Shown here: piece after piece, positions 30,432 to 42,232 of the stretch
Layout: the number at the start of each line of letters is the position of its first letter
Position numbering within the stretch: position 1 is the first letter of the stretch
Source: Candidatus Krumholzibacteriia bacterium
Lineage (GTDB): Bacteria; Krumholzibacteriota; Krumholzibacteriia; Krumholzibacteriales; Krumholzibacteriaceae
Length of the DNA: 64,000 bases
Reading direction: 5' to 3'
NCBI GenBank assembly: GCA_963836185.1
Contig: CAWIIQ010000002.1
Coordinates: 288,001-352,000 of the forward strand
Position numbers and translations under genes: made by a program
The notes under the pieces: model-generated
What the model saw: only the letters and a program-made list of their open reading frames with translations
Told to the model about the DNA's origin: nothing
Database searches by the model: none

Positions 30432-31577
30432 ATGTCTGAGAAGCATCTTTTTACCTCTGAATCGGTGACCGAGGGACATCCCGACAAGGTCGCGGACCAG
30501 ATATCGGACGCGGTAGTCGACGCTATCCTCGCGGAGGACCCGATGGGACGGGTTGCCTGTGAGACACTGGTCACGACCGGAATGGTATTCATCGCGGGCG
30601 AGATCACGACTGAGGCGTATGTCGCCGATTCCGACGATCGCGCGTGAAGTCGTCCAGCGATATCGGCTATAACGATCCCCACCTGGGATTCGCATCGGAG
30701 ACATCGGCGGTCATCACTTCGATCGATCCGCAGTCCGGCGATATCGCGATGGGTGTCGATACCGGCGGAGCGGGCGACCAGGGGATGATGTTCGGTTTCG
30801 CCTGCACCCAGACCGATGTCCTGATGCCGATGCCTATCCACATGGCTCACCTCCTCGTCAGGAAGATGTCAGAGGTGCGAAAGGGCGGGGTCGACTGGAT
30901 CAAGCCGGACGGCAAGTCGCAGGTCACGATCGAGTATATCGACAACGTCCCGCACAAGATCAATACGGTTCTGCTTTCGACCCAGCACAGCGCCGAGATC
31001 TCTCACGATGAGATCGAGGCCGGAGCTGACAGAAGCTCGTGATCGAGCCGGTCGGCTCGGGCTTCGACATCGATTCATCCGATTACAGGATCCTGGTCAA
31101 CCCGACCGGCGAAGTTCGTCAAGGGTGGGCCCGCAGGCCGACACCGGACTGACCGGAAGGAAGATCATCGTCGACACATACGGCGGATTCGGCAGTCACG
31201 GTGGAGGAGCTTTCTCGGGGAAGGATCCGACAAAGGTCGACCGCAGCGCCTCGTATGCCGCAAGGCACGTCGCGAAGAATATCGTAGGCGCCGGATTCGC
31301 TCGCGAGTGCGAGGTCCAGCTGGCATACGCGATCGGCGTTGCCGAGCCGGTCTCGGTGATGGTCGACACCTTCGGCACAGGCAAGATCAGCGACGAAGAG
31401 CTGACGAAGATCGTCCGCGAGGTCTTCGACCTCACGCCGAAGGGAATCATAGAGAGACTCGACCTGAGACGCCCGATCTACCGCAAGACCGCGGCGTTCG
31501 GGCATTTCGGGCGAGAAGAGGATACATTCACCTGGGAGAAACTCGACTACGTCGACAAGCTCAAGGCAAAAGCATAG
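30432..31577 (+). CDS. metK: S-adenosylmethionine synthetase (several frameshifts near 30630 and 31020-31125)
   Basis: [53 protein letters not shown]. Confidence 0.96.
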
Positions 31578-31589
31578 AAAGGGAAACGG

Positions 31590-32889
<1,300 letters not shown>

Positions 32890-32940
32890 TGACCGGCGCG
32901 GGATCGAAGATCCGTGATCTTGAAAGATCTGTTTATGATG

Positions 32941-32968
32941 GCCCCGGCGTCCGCCGGGGCTTTAATTT
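32941..32968 (+). terminator. probable intrinsic terminator after ahcY
   Basis: GCCCCGGCG-TC-CGCCGGGGC followed by TTTAATTT. Confidence 0.65.
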
Positions 32969-32971
32969 ATC

Positions 32972-33056
32972 TCCAGTCTCCCCGGGGAGACTGGATCTTC
33001 GCAAAACTGCCGTTTGTGCGGAATCTGCGCACTCCCGGCGCCGGGACTGCGCAGAT
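32972..33056. repeat. two loop-less palindromes (24 bp perfect; 34 bp with one mismatched pair)
   Basis: TCCAGTCTCCCCGGGGAGACTGGA (32972-32995); ATCTGCGCAcTCCCGGCGCCGGGAcTGCGCAGAT (33023-33056). Confidence 0.85.
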
Positions 33057-33155
33057 AACCTGAATAAAGCAGAAAAAGCGTAATGTCAGTATTTTTACCA
33101 CCACCAGTGACGGTAAAAATCCTGCCACTTTCAACAGGTAATCCTTCGTGTTCTC

Positions 33156-33214
33156 TGTGCGGTCTGTCCAGGCGACCTTTTCTGTTTCTGTGTGCGGTCT
33201 GTCCAGGCGACCTT
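33156..33214. repeat. 24-bp perfect direct repeat x2
   Basis: TGTGCGGTCTGTCCAGGCGACCTT at 33156 and 33191. Confidence 0.9.
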
Positions 33215-33232
33215 GTTATGAGCGATATCCAT

Positions 33233-33297
33233 TCAGTCGAGGATCGCGAAGCTATCAGTCGAGGATCGCTAAGCTATCAATCGAGGATCGCGAAGCT
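33233..33297. repeat. 22-bp tandem repeat x3 copying the 3' end of the GWxTD-1 gene
   Basis: TCAGTCGAGGATCGCGAAGCTA / TCAGTCGAGGATCGCTAAGCTA / TCAATCGAGGATCGCGAAGCT. Confidence 0.9.
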
Positions 33298-34459
33298 TGA
33301 TGTCTGCTCCGTGCTTTTCCACTTAGTGCGGTCAGTGACCTTCACCTTCAGCACAAAACGGCCGCTCCAGAGATTGTCGGTATTGATCTCGAGTCTCATC
33401 GGCTGCTGAGAGCCGAACCCGCTAGCCTTGAAGTCGGCGCTGATCCCCGTTTTCTGGTCGACGTAGACGAGCCCCCATCTCTTCTTCTCGGTCGGCGTTA
33501 CGGTGTATTCCACTTCGTAGAACCCGAAGTCCTCCTTGTCCACGTCAAGACCGTAGATCTCGAAATAGAAAGCTATCGGGAATGACTTCCTGTAGAGGTG
33601 AAGCGGATAGGGGATCATGATCAGGTTCCCTTTCCTGTATCTGCTGTTCTCGTCCCCGTCGCTTATTCTTCTGGCGAACTGGATATCGCTTATCGCCAGG
33701 CCGTGACCGCAGGTCAGCCGCTTGTTTGTGCGGAAGACGCCCCTGCTTCCCGATTTCCTGTCGATAGTTTCAAGCCCGAACCTGTAATAGCCAGGGTCAA
33801 GGGTCATGATGATCTGCCCGGGCAGGTATGCCGGTACCCTGGCGTCGTCTGTGTTCGGCACGGAGACCCTCAACAATTCAGCGGCCTCATCTATCTCTTT
33901 CATGTCGAGGCCCCAGACCTTCACGCGCAGTTCCACTTCGCCCTCGAGCCGGGTGCCGGAAGTATCGAACGTTATCTCAGAGACAGGTATCTCAAAGTTG
34001 ATCTCGGTCCTTAATTTGTCTGGTCCCGAGTGGAACGATGTGATGTCAAAGTACGCCTGCATGTCGAAATCGAATCCCGGATAATGGATGAATCTGGTCG
34101 ACATAATCTGATGATGGAAATCATACAGTGCCTTGTCTGCCATGATATATTCATCGGTCACGTTCTTGAATACGGTTTCCCTGATAGCCCATCTGATTTC
34201 AGCATTCCTGACAAAATCGAGAGCATCAGGATTTAATGTGTTTACGGGATCGGTAAGATCCGGATCGATGTGCATTGGAAGGAACTTGAAGCTGACCGCA
34301 TACTCGACCTGTCCCATGACTTTGTCGACCTTACAGCCTGTTGAAGAGGGTCTCCTCGTCGAAGACCTGGTAGTCTTCAGACTTGAGGAAGGAGGCGGCA
34401 GCGAGCATGAGACATGACAAGACCATAACCGACACGTTGTGCGTGTTCAGAAATCGCAT
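33277..34459 (-). pseudogene. GWxTD-family paralogue 1, with the GWxTD domain internally deleted
   Basis: Signal peptide plus EDYQVFDEETLFNRL then a stop (34459-34331); sequence resumes in the C-terminal half (ORF 34317-33277) homologous to paralogue 2. Confidence 0.7.
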
Positions 34460-34502
34460 TGTTACTGATGCCCCTCGGTAACACCCCTCTGTGGTGGGAT
34501 CA

Positions 34503-36338
34503 CTACTCGAGTATAGAGAAACTTGTCACCGTTTCAACCGATTTTCGCGTGCGCCTGTCCATCACGCGGACGCGGAGACGGTAACTTCCTTCCCAGAGGT
34601 CCCTGCTGTCGATCTCGAGGCGCTCGCACTGGGTCGAACCGAACCCCGAGGCGTTGAACTTCGAGCTGATCACCGTACCCATATCCCTGTATATTGGGCC
34701 CCAGCGCTTTTTTTCCGTGGGCGCGACCTCATATTCGATCTCGTAGAGCCCCAGTCCTTCCTTATCCGCATCAAGGCCGTAGATCTCGAAGTAAAAAGCT
34801 ATAGGGAACGATGTCTTATATAGGTGCAGGGGATAGGGGATGACGATCAGGCTGCCCTTCCTGTATCTGCTGTTCTGGTCCCCTTCGCTGATCCTCCTGG
34901 CGAACTGGATATCGCTGAGCGAAAGTTCCTCGCCGCAGGTCAGCCGGCGGGTAGTCCGGAAGACACCCCTGCTTCCGGAGTTGATATCGATCGTCTCGAG
35001 CCCGAACCTGTAATAGCCCGGCTCCAGCGTCAGCAGGACCTGGCCGGGGAGGTAGGCCGGCACCTTCGCGTCTTCTGTATTGGGAACAGAGACCGTGACC
35101 CTCTCTGTCTTTTCAGCGATCTCATCGTATCTCATGTCCCAGACCTTGACCCGCAGCTCCGCATGCGCCTCGAGGTTCGTTCCGCTGGTGTCGAAGGAGA
35201 TTTCGGAGACAGGTATCTCGAAATTCACCTCGGTCCTGAGTTTCCCCTGTCCCGCGTGAAAAGAGGTGATATCGAAGTAGGCCTGCATGTCGAAGTCGAA
35301 TCCGGGGTAATGGATGAACCTCGTCGATATGACCTGGCGATGATATTCATACAGGGCCTTGTCGGACCTGACATATTCATCGGTGACGTTCCTGAATGCG
35401 ACATCCATGAGGCGGTTCCTTGAGACGTCATGGTAACGGATGTAGTCGATCGCGTCGGGATTGAGCGAGTTGCGCGGATCGCTCAGGTCGGGATCGAGAT
35501 ATACCGGGAGAAAACTGTTGATGATGGAAGACTTGCCCAGAGAGTTGTCGGTATGATACATATGCGTGCTCAGGTCCATGACGGGCCGTTCATGGTATAT
35601 CGCCGCGGCCGCGCCTTTTCTTGAAAGGTCCATCGGCCTGTCATAGCCCTGTGCTTCTCTCGGAGTAAAAGTGGGTACTGTCACTGCATCCGCCGTAGAA
35701 TTATTCGGGTGATATATATCGGCCAGTTCCTCGAGGACCATCCTCGAGCTCTTGCCGAAATTGCCGTTGTAATAATCTTCCGTCCAGGATTCGCGGCCGG
35801 CCGCTTCGGAAGAGCGGACAAACTTTCCAGAGAGGTATGCGTCGCTGAAAGTCACCAGCATCGGCGGGGACCAGTAGTACCAGATCTCGGCGGGCCAGCG
35901 TTGCTCAAGCCTGTATACCTCCGACCACACCCTCTTTATCGAATCGGGCATGCCGAATCTTATAAGTGTCTCCCCCCGGTCGTCCCATCCGGGAGGATCG
36001 AAGCAGCCGAATCTTTCGACGGCGAGCTTGACCCTTTCGAAATGTTCCTTCCTACGTTCGTTCTGTCTGGTCGTCGGCGTCGGGTCCATCTCGAGCCAGA
36101 AGCGGCGGAGCCATTCTTCCCTTTCGTCCCGCGTCTCGAGGGAAAGGTATTGTCTCTTCTGATGATCGTTGAGGATATACTGAAGACCGTTGTACCGGAC
36201 TCTCTCCCTGTAGTGGAGCCTGTTGAAGAGAGTCTCCTCGTCGAAGACCCGGTAGTCTTCTGCCTGCAGGAGTGCGGCGGCCGAGATCAAACACAATACA
36301 GCAGCCGCCGCTGCGAAGCGAGCGTGCGGAGTAACCAT
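34503..36338 (-). CDS. GWxTD domain-containing secreted protein, paralogue 2
   Basis: Signal peptide; FWLEMDPTPTTRQNE..EHFERV..GWDDRGETLIRFG.PD..EIWYY; C-terminal Ig-like domains (FYFEIYGL). Confidence 0.85.
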   Translation of the reverse strand: MVTPHARFAAAAAVLCLISAAALLQAEDYRVFDEETLFNRLHYRERVRYNGLQYILNDHQKRQYLSLETRDEREEWLRRFWLEMDPTPTTRQNERRKEHFERVKLAVERFGCFDPPGWDDRGETLIRFGMPDSIKRVWSEVYRLEQRWPAEIWYYWSPPMLVTFSDAYLSGKFVRSSEAAGRESWTEDYYNGNFGKSSRMVLEELADIYHPNNSTADAVTVPTFTPREAQGYDRPMDLSRKGAAAAIYHERPVMDLSTHMYHTDNSLGKSSIINSFLPVYLDPDLSDPRNSLNPDAIDYIRYHDVSRNRLMDVAFRNVTDEYVRSDKALYEYHRQVISTRFIHYPGFDFDMQAYFDITSFHAGQGKLRTEVNFEIPVSEISFDTSGTNLEAHAELRVKVWDMRYDEIAEKTERVTVSVPNTEDAKVPAYLPGQVLLTLEPGYYRFGLETIDINSGSRGVFRTTRRLTCGEELSLSDIQFARRISEGDQNSRYRKGSLIVIPYPLHLYKTSFPIAFYFEIYGLDADKEGLGLYEIEYEVAPTEKKRWGPIYRDMGTVISSKFNASGFGSTQCERLEIDSRDLWEGSYRLRVRVMDRRTRKSVETVTSFSILE

Positions 36339-36440
36339 ATTAATTTTCCCCTGTATCTCCCCGCGGTGGGATCCCTGTCTAAATATAGGGCGATTTGCCG
36401 CCGCTTCAACGACAAATAAAAAAATGTATGTTAATAAGAA

Positions 36441-37991
36441 TTATTCCAGGATGGAGAAGCTCGTCTGTGTTTCAACCGATTTTCTCGTGCGCCTGTCCAT
36501 CACGCGGACGCGGAGGCGGAAGCTTCCTTCCCAGAGGTCTTTGCTGTCGATCTCGAGGCGCTCGTGCTGCGTCGAGCCGAATCCCGAGGCGTTGACCTTC
36601 GAGCTCATCACAGTGGCGACATCCTTGTATACCGGCCCCTCGCGCTTCTTCTCCTTCGGTTCTACCGAATACTCCACTTCCCAGAACCCGAAATCCTCCT
36701 CGTCGAGGTCGAGGCCGTATATCTCGAAGTAGAACTTCACCGGGTCGGGCTTGCGGTAGGCGTGTACGGGGTGGGGGATCACACGCAGCGGCCCCTTGAT
36801 GAAACTTGTCCGTCCGCCCGCATCGGTCGATAGAGCTGGCGAGCTGTATGTCGCTCACGCTGAAGGAATCGCCCATCGCCGTTATATTCCTGCTCGTGAG
36901 AAATACGCCGTGCTTCTTCGATCCTTCGGTCCCTGACCTCGAGGCCGAACCTGTAGTATCCAGGATCGAGGGTGAGGATGAACTGGGCCGGAAGAAGCCA
37001 CGGAGAGTCGGGCTCCGGTTTCTCGGGAAGGTCGATATCGACCACATCCATGCCCGAGACGACCTCTTCCATGTTCAGGTCATATACAGCGACCTTCACC
37101 TCGAAATCTGTCTTGAATCCCTCGCGGACCTTTTCGAAGGTGAGTTCCCTCGCCGGTATCTCGAAGTTGACCTCTGTGCGCACCTTGCCCTGGCCGCCCC
37201 TGAAGTTCGTGATGTCGAAGTAGCAGGGGAGGGGCTGGCGTGCGATGTCGGCCGTGTGAAAGTGCCTGTTGTGCTCGAGATTCGAGTAGAAGTTCAACAG
37301 CTGCGGGGCTCGCCGGAGAAGAACAGGTCATAGACGTTCGAGCTGGAGTAGTGTCATCGACTCGAGGCAATCACTGTAATAGTCATCGAGCTCTCGGTAA
37401 GGATATTGTGGTCGTTATCCGTCCTTACCTCCATGAAGTAGATCATGCTCTCCGCTGAGATTCACGTCCTCGAATGGGACGACCATGCCGAGCCTGGGAT
37501 AGTGCCAGACCTCTCCCGGCATCTTGATGTCCTCGGCGCTGTTCTGGTTGCTTGGTGCGTCGAATCCGCCGATATTCCCGGGGATGTCGGCTATGACACG
37601 CAGGTTTGCCGAACCTGATCAGAGTCTCGCCGCGGTGGTCCCAGCCGGGAAAGCCTTCCTTCGGGTACTGCTCCCTCGCGTCCTTCACCCGCTGCTCGTG
37701 CTCGATCCTTCGCTCGTTCTTCCTGGTGGCCGGTGTCGGGTCGTTCAGTTTCCAGAACCTCGCTATCCAGTCGTCGCGTTCTTTCCTCGTCGGAGTCTTC
37801 AGATAGTGCAGCTTCTGGTAATTGTTCATCAGGTAGCGCAGCCCTTCGTAGCGGCGCTTCTCGTACCGGTCGAGCTGGCTGAAGAGCTCTTCCTCGTCGA
37901 AGGGGACATCGTATCCTTCAGCCGCGATGGCTGAGGGGAGCATGCAGGCAAGCAGGACGATCAGGATCAGATATCTCAAAAAGGCGGACAT
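36441..37991 (-). CDS. GWxTD domain-containing secreted protein, paralogue 3 (several frameshifts)
   Basis: FWKLNDPTPATRKNE..EHEQRV..GWDHRGETLIRFG; YFDIT.F..RTEVNFEIP; LDPGYYRFG; FYFEIYGL; ends SFSILE across split ORFs. Confidence 0.8.
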
Positions 37992-38038
37992 CGACCGTGC
38001 CTTTCGCTGAACGGAGATATATACAGGCGGCGGGGTCC

Positions 38039-39666
38039 CTACTCCAGTATAGAGAAGTTGGCGATCTTTTCAACAGATTCACGCGTCCGGCGGTCCTTTA
38101 CGGTGATGATCAGCCTGAACGAGCCTTCCCAGAGGTTGCCGGTCGCTATCTCGAGCCGCTGCGGTTGAGTCGAACCGAACCCGCTCGCCTCGAACTTCGA
38201 TTCGACGGCGGTATCCATCTCCTCGAGGGTCAGCCCTGTTTTCTTCTTCGAGACAGGGACGACCCGGTACTCGACCTCGTAGAGGGCGAATCCCTCCTCG
38301 TCGGTATCGAGGCCGTAAATCTCGAAATAGAAAGTCAGGGGGTAGGGGATCCTGTAGGCGTGGAGGGGATGGGGGACGACCTGAAGGTTCCCCTTCTGGT
38401 ACCTGACGGTCTTGTCGACCTGCGTGATCGTGCTGGCCAGCAGGATATCGCTCAGGGCGAGTCCCTTGTCCATGGGCGGGAGCTCGACGTTCGCCCGGTA
38501 GACGCCCATCCTTCCCGACTTGAGGTCGTGCGCTTCGATACCTATCCGGTAGTAACCCGGATCGAGGGTGACGGCGACCTGCCCGGGGATATACGACGGC
38601 CCGTCGAAGGTCTGGCCCCCTTCCTGGGTCGCGCCGGTGAATTCGGAGGCGGACGCGACTTCCTTCATGTCGATGTCGCGGACCATCACGCTCAGTTCCA
38701 CACCCGCGCTCAGGATGCCGTCCCTGCGTTCGAAGACGAGCTCCCTGGTCGGCACCTCGAAGTTGACCTCGGTGCGGATCTTGCCTTCTCCCGCGTTGAA
38801 CGAGGTGATGTCGAAGGCGACGGGGAGGAGGTCCTCGTCCATCTCGAACGAATAGATCGTCGGTTTGTCCTCGAGATACATGTAGAAGTTGTTCTTCGAT
38901 TCGCGGAGCTGGTCCTGCCTGACGACGTCCTCGAAACTCCTCGTCGCGAGCTGCGCCCTGAGGTCGGGGGAGGCGACGTAATCGATATTGTCGGGATTGA
39001 AGTTCTTCAGCGCCATCAGCGCGGAGCCCTGGTCGAGCTGCATCTCCTCGATCGGCACAAGCTTCGAGTGCTCGGAGACGGCCCTCATCTTGTCGAGCGT
39101 CTCTCTCGCCGACATCGCCTGCGGCTCGATCGCGAATATATGTATGCCGTTGAGGTTGAAGTCGTGGAAAAGTATCGTCATGTCGAGCCTGTAATAGTAC
39201 CACATCTCGCCGGGGGGCAGCATCCTGTAGAAGCCGATGTTTGCCGGGAAGTGCGACCGTACCCCGGGCCATCCCCACCTGATGAGGCATTCGCCCCTTT
39301 TGTCCCAGCCGGGCGCCTTCTTCATGCCGAACTCGCCGCGGGCGAGCCTGACCCTCAGGTCGTGCTCTATCCTGCGCTCGTTCTCGCTGGTCGCCGGCGT
39401 CGGGTCGTTCATCGCCCACCACCGCTCGAGCCATTCGTCCCGCCCGGCCCTCGTCGGCTGGGAGAGGTAATGACGTTTTTCATGGTCATTCAGCGAGTAG
39501 CGGAGGCCGAAGTATGTGAGCCTCTCCTCGGGTTCGATCTTTCTGAGGAGGTCGTTCTCTCCCTTGAAGTCCTCGGAACGCGCGGCGGGCAGGCGCAGAG
39601 ATGCGAGGAGGATCAAGATTGTGATGGCACTGTACGTTATATCGGTATTTCTCAGTCTCGGGGCAT
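38039..39666 (-). CDS. GWxTD domain-containing secreted protein, paralogue 4 (ATG at 39666 needs one frameshift)
   Basis: WWAMNDPTPATSENE..EHDLRV..GWDKRGECLIRWG..EMWYY; same C-terminal domains; ends NFSILE. Confidence 0.85.
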
Positions 39667-39705
39667 GAACGGGATATCAATATAATAAACATTGTTACTT
39701 CTTTC

Positions 39706-40785
39706 CTACTTGTTCGCCCTCCACAGCAGGACGGCTCCGAGGAGGACGAATATGATATTGCCCATCCAGGCGCCGAGCAGGGGGTGAAGCACACCGCTGT
39801 GCCCGAGCGACTGGCCGACGCGCAGGATCCCGTAGTACATGAAACTTATAAGCAGTGTCAGCCCGAACCCGGTGGCCATCGACGGCTTTCTTTTCGCCGA
39901 GGACAGGGCCACCCCGATGATCGCGAAGATAAAGGCTGTAAACGGGAAGCTGAACTTGAAGTATAGATCGACGAGGTACTTGTCGATTGCGCCCCCGCCC
40001 CTTCTGATCTTGTCGATATGCTCTCTCAGCTCGAGGAAGTTCATCTCCTCGGGAGTGATCTCCTCCTTGGCGATGTCTTCCGGTCTCTCGGGAAGGTGGG
40101 GCATCTCCATCCTCTGGAATGTCGTGACCGTCTCGCCGGCCTCCTGGAAATCCCTGACCGCCCCATCCATGAAGACCCATTTCGAGCCGTCCCAGAAAGC
40201 CTTCTTGGCGTCTACGCGGCGGACGAGCTTCGCGTCCTCATGCTCGTGCAGCGCGACATTGAGCAGCACGCTCAGCTTGATGTCGTATCTCTCGGCGTAC
40301 CAGGTCCGGTTGCCTTCGCCCTGGTAATGAAGGTTCTTCCTGTACTTGAAGCTGTCACTTTCCCTGCTCCCCTTGATATCGACCGACATTATCTTGTCGG
40401 CCCGCCGATTGGCGTAGGGTACGATGAATTCGCTGAAGACAAGCGAGGCAAGGCTGATCAGCAGGGCGGAGAGAAGTATCGGCCTCGCTATCCTCGTCAG
40501 GGGCATTCCCGCCACCACCAGCGCGGTGAGCTCGTTTTCCCGCGACAGCCGTCCGAGTGTAAACACGGTCGAGAGAAGGACCGAGATCGGCATCGTCAGG
40601 AGAATTATCCATGGGAGCTGAAAGAGGTAGTACGACGAGACCTCGCCCATCGTCGCCTTGCTGTCGTAGTAATCGTCAGATTTTTCGCTGAGGTCGACTG
40701 TGACATAGATCACCGTAAAGGCGATGAAGCCTATGATCAGGTTTCTCCAGAACCCTCCGAGTATATAGCGATCGTGGATCCTCAC
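39706..40785 (-). CDS. lptG: LPS export permease LptG (YjgP/YjgQ family)
   Basis: DRYI, RENELTA, three TM + jellyroll + three TM, AWMGNIIF. Confidence 0.88.
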   Translation of the reverse strand: MRIHDRYILGGFWRNLIIGFIAFTVIYVTVDLSEKSDDYYDSKATMGEVSSYYLFQLPWIILLTMPISVLLSTVFTLGRLSRENELTALVVAGMPLTRIARPILLSALLISLASLVFSEFIVPYANRRADKIMSVDIKGSRESDSFKYRKNLHYQGEGNRTWYAERYDIKLSVLLNVALHEHEDAKLVRRVDAKKAFWDGSKWVFMDGAVRDFQEAGETVTTFQRMEMPHLPERPEDIAKEEITPEEMNFLELREHIDKIRRGGGAIDKYLVDLYFKFSFPFTAFIFAIIGVALSSAKRKPSMATGFGLTLLISFMYYGILRVGQSLGHSGVLHPLLGAWMGNIIFVLLGAVLLWRANK

Positions 40786-40831
40786 GGCTGGTATTTACCC
40801 CTGGAAAAGCACGAGGTTCCCTGCTGTCGGG

Positions 40832-42232
40832 TTACAATATACCCGCAGCGCGCTTCTGCCGCCAACGTTTTAAGATGTTAAAGCGGTCCCAGTTGATAGT
40901 CTGCGACTCGCGGACGGTGCTCCAGAGGAGCAGCCCGGCGGCGCCGAGGAGGACGATATTGGGGAGCCACATCGCGAGCCAGGGCTCGAGCACCCTCCTG
41001 TCGGCGAGTTTTTCCCCGGTGATCAGGAAGACGTAGTAGACGAGGAAGAAGATGATAGAGAAGGAGATCGACATCGTCATCCCCTTCTTTCCCGACCTGA
41101 TGGCGAGCGGAGCGCCGAGCAGGACGAATATCAGGCAGCTGAACGGTATCGAGTATTTCTTGTGGATCTCGACCTCGTACCTCGATATCTGCTGATCGAG
41201 GCCGGTGATCCTTCTCATTATCGTCTCGAGCGCATACATCTGCTGCTCGGCGGGATTTTTGGCGTTCTGCTGAGCGCGCTGTTCGGCACGGCTCGTCGGG
41301 GGTTCGGGCGCCTCCCGGGCTTCGCCCTTGAATGCGTCGAAGGCCATCACTCTCGAGAGGTTCCCGACCATATCCTTCTCGGCGCTGATGTGCATGTCCC
41401 TGCTGTAGCCGGCTATCTCCCCCTGCAGCTGCCTGACCTTTTCGCGCATCATCCCCCCGCTCATCTCGCGGTCCCCCCGGTACGAGCGCCGGGAGCGCGC
41501 GAGTCCACGGTCGGTATCCTTTATGTTGATCGTGAAGTTGCTGAAAAGGGTCTTCCTGTATGTCGAGATGTCGGACGGGTCGGGCATCTCGTGTATCTCT
41601 CCATCCTGGAGCTCGAATCTGAGGACATTCTCCGACTCGATGAACGACATCCTGCCCCGGTCGGCGACGATAGTCGTGGGCACCATCCCTTTCTTGGTGC
41701 GGAAGATCTGTACATCCTCGATCTTTCCCGTCTTGTCGTCTTTCTCCCTGACGAGGATCGTGTAGCCATCGACGGCCGAACTGAAGATGTTTTCCTTGAT
41801 CTCGAGGGTCGGTTTCATCTTTCCGATATCGAGCATCAGGTTCATCAGCCGGTGGTTGGCCTCGGGGAGGATGATGTTCTGGTAATAGACGAGGCCGGCG
41901 CCGAGGAAGAGGGAGGCGATGATGACCGGGGCTATCATCCGGTAGAGGGAGACCCCCGTCGCTCTCATCGCCGTGACCTCATTTTCGGAGGCGAACTGGC
42001 CGAAAGCCATTAGGGTAGCGGGCATTACAGCCATTGGAATGATTAATGCGAACATATGACCGAGGCTGAGGAAAAAGAATTCGAGAACGACGAAGAATCC
42101 GACTCCTTTGTCTATAAACATATCGAGATAACGGATGATGAAATCCATGATAAATATGAAGGTGATTATGATGATACTGAAGAGATACGGAGGTATGTGG
42201 CTCTTCAGTATGTATCGATCAAGTATGTACAT
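40832..42232 (-). CDS. lptF: LPS export permease LptF (YjgP/YjgQ family)
   Basis: LDRYI, SENEVTAMRATGVS, EIHKKYSIPF, AMWLPN. Confidence 0.88.
   Translation of the reverse strand: MYILDRYILKSHIPPYLFSIIIITFIFIMDFIIRYLDMFIDKGVGFFVVLEFFFLSLGHMFALIIPMAVMPATLMAFGQFASENEVTAMRATGVSLYRMIAPVIIASLFLGAGLVYYQNIILPEANHRLMNLMLDIGKMKPTLEIKENIFSSAVDGYTILVREKDDKTGKIEDVQIFRTKKGMVPTTIVADRGRMSFIESENVLRFELQDGEIHEMPDPSDISTYRKTLFSNFTINIKDTDRGLARSRRSYRGDREMSGGMMREKVRQLQGEIAGYSRDMHISAEKDMVGNLSRVMAFDAFKGEAREAPEPPTSRAEQRAQQNAKNPAEQQMYALETIMRRITGLDQQISRYEVEIHKKYSIPFSCLIFVLLGAPLAIRSGKKGMTMSISFSIIFFLVYYVFLITGEKLADRRVLEPWLAMWLPNIVLLGAAGLLLWSTVRESQTINWDRFNILKRWRQKRAAGIL

Noticed and set aside
33156-33297. CRISPR array
   Set aside because: Only 2-3 repeat units, with an 11-bp spacer or none, and no cas genes
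33277-39666. Diversity-generating retroelement acting on the GWxTD array
   Set aside because: No reverse transcriptase in the window, and differences between copies are not adenine-specific
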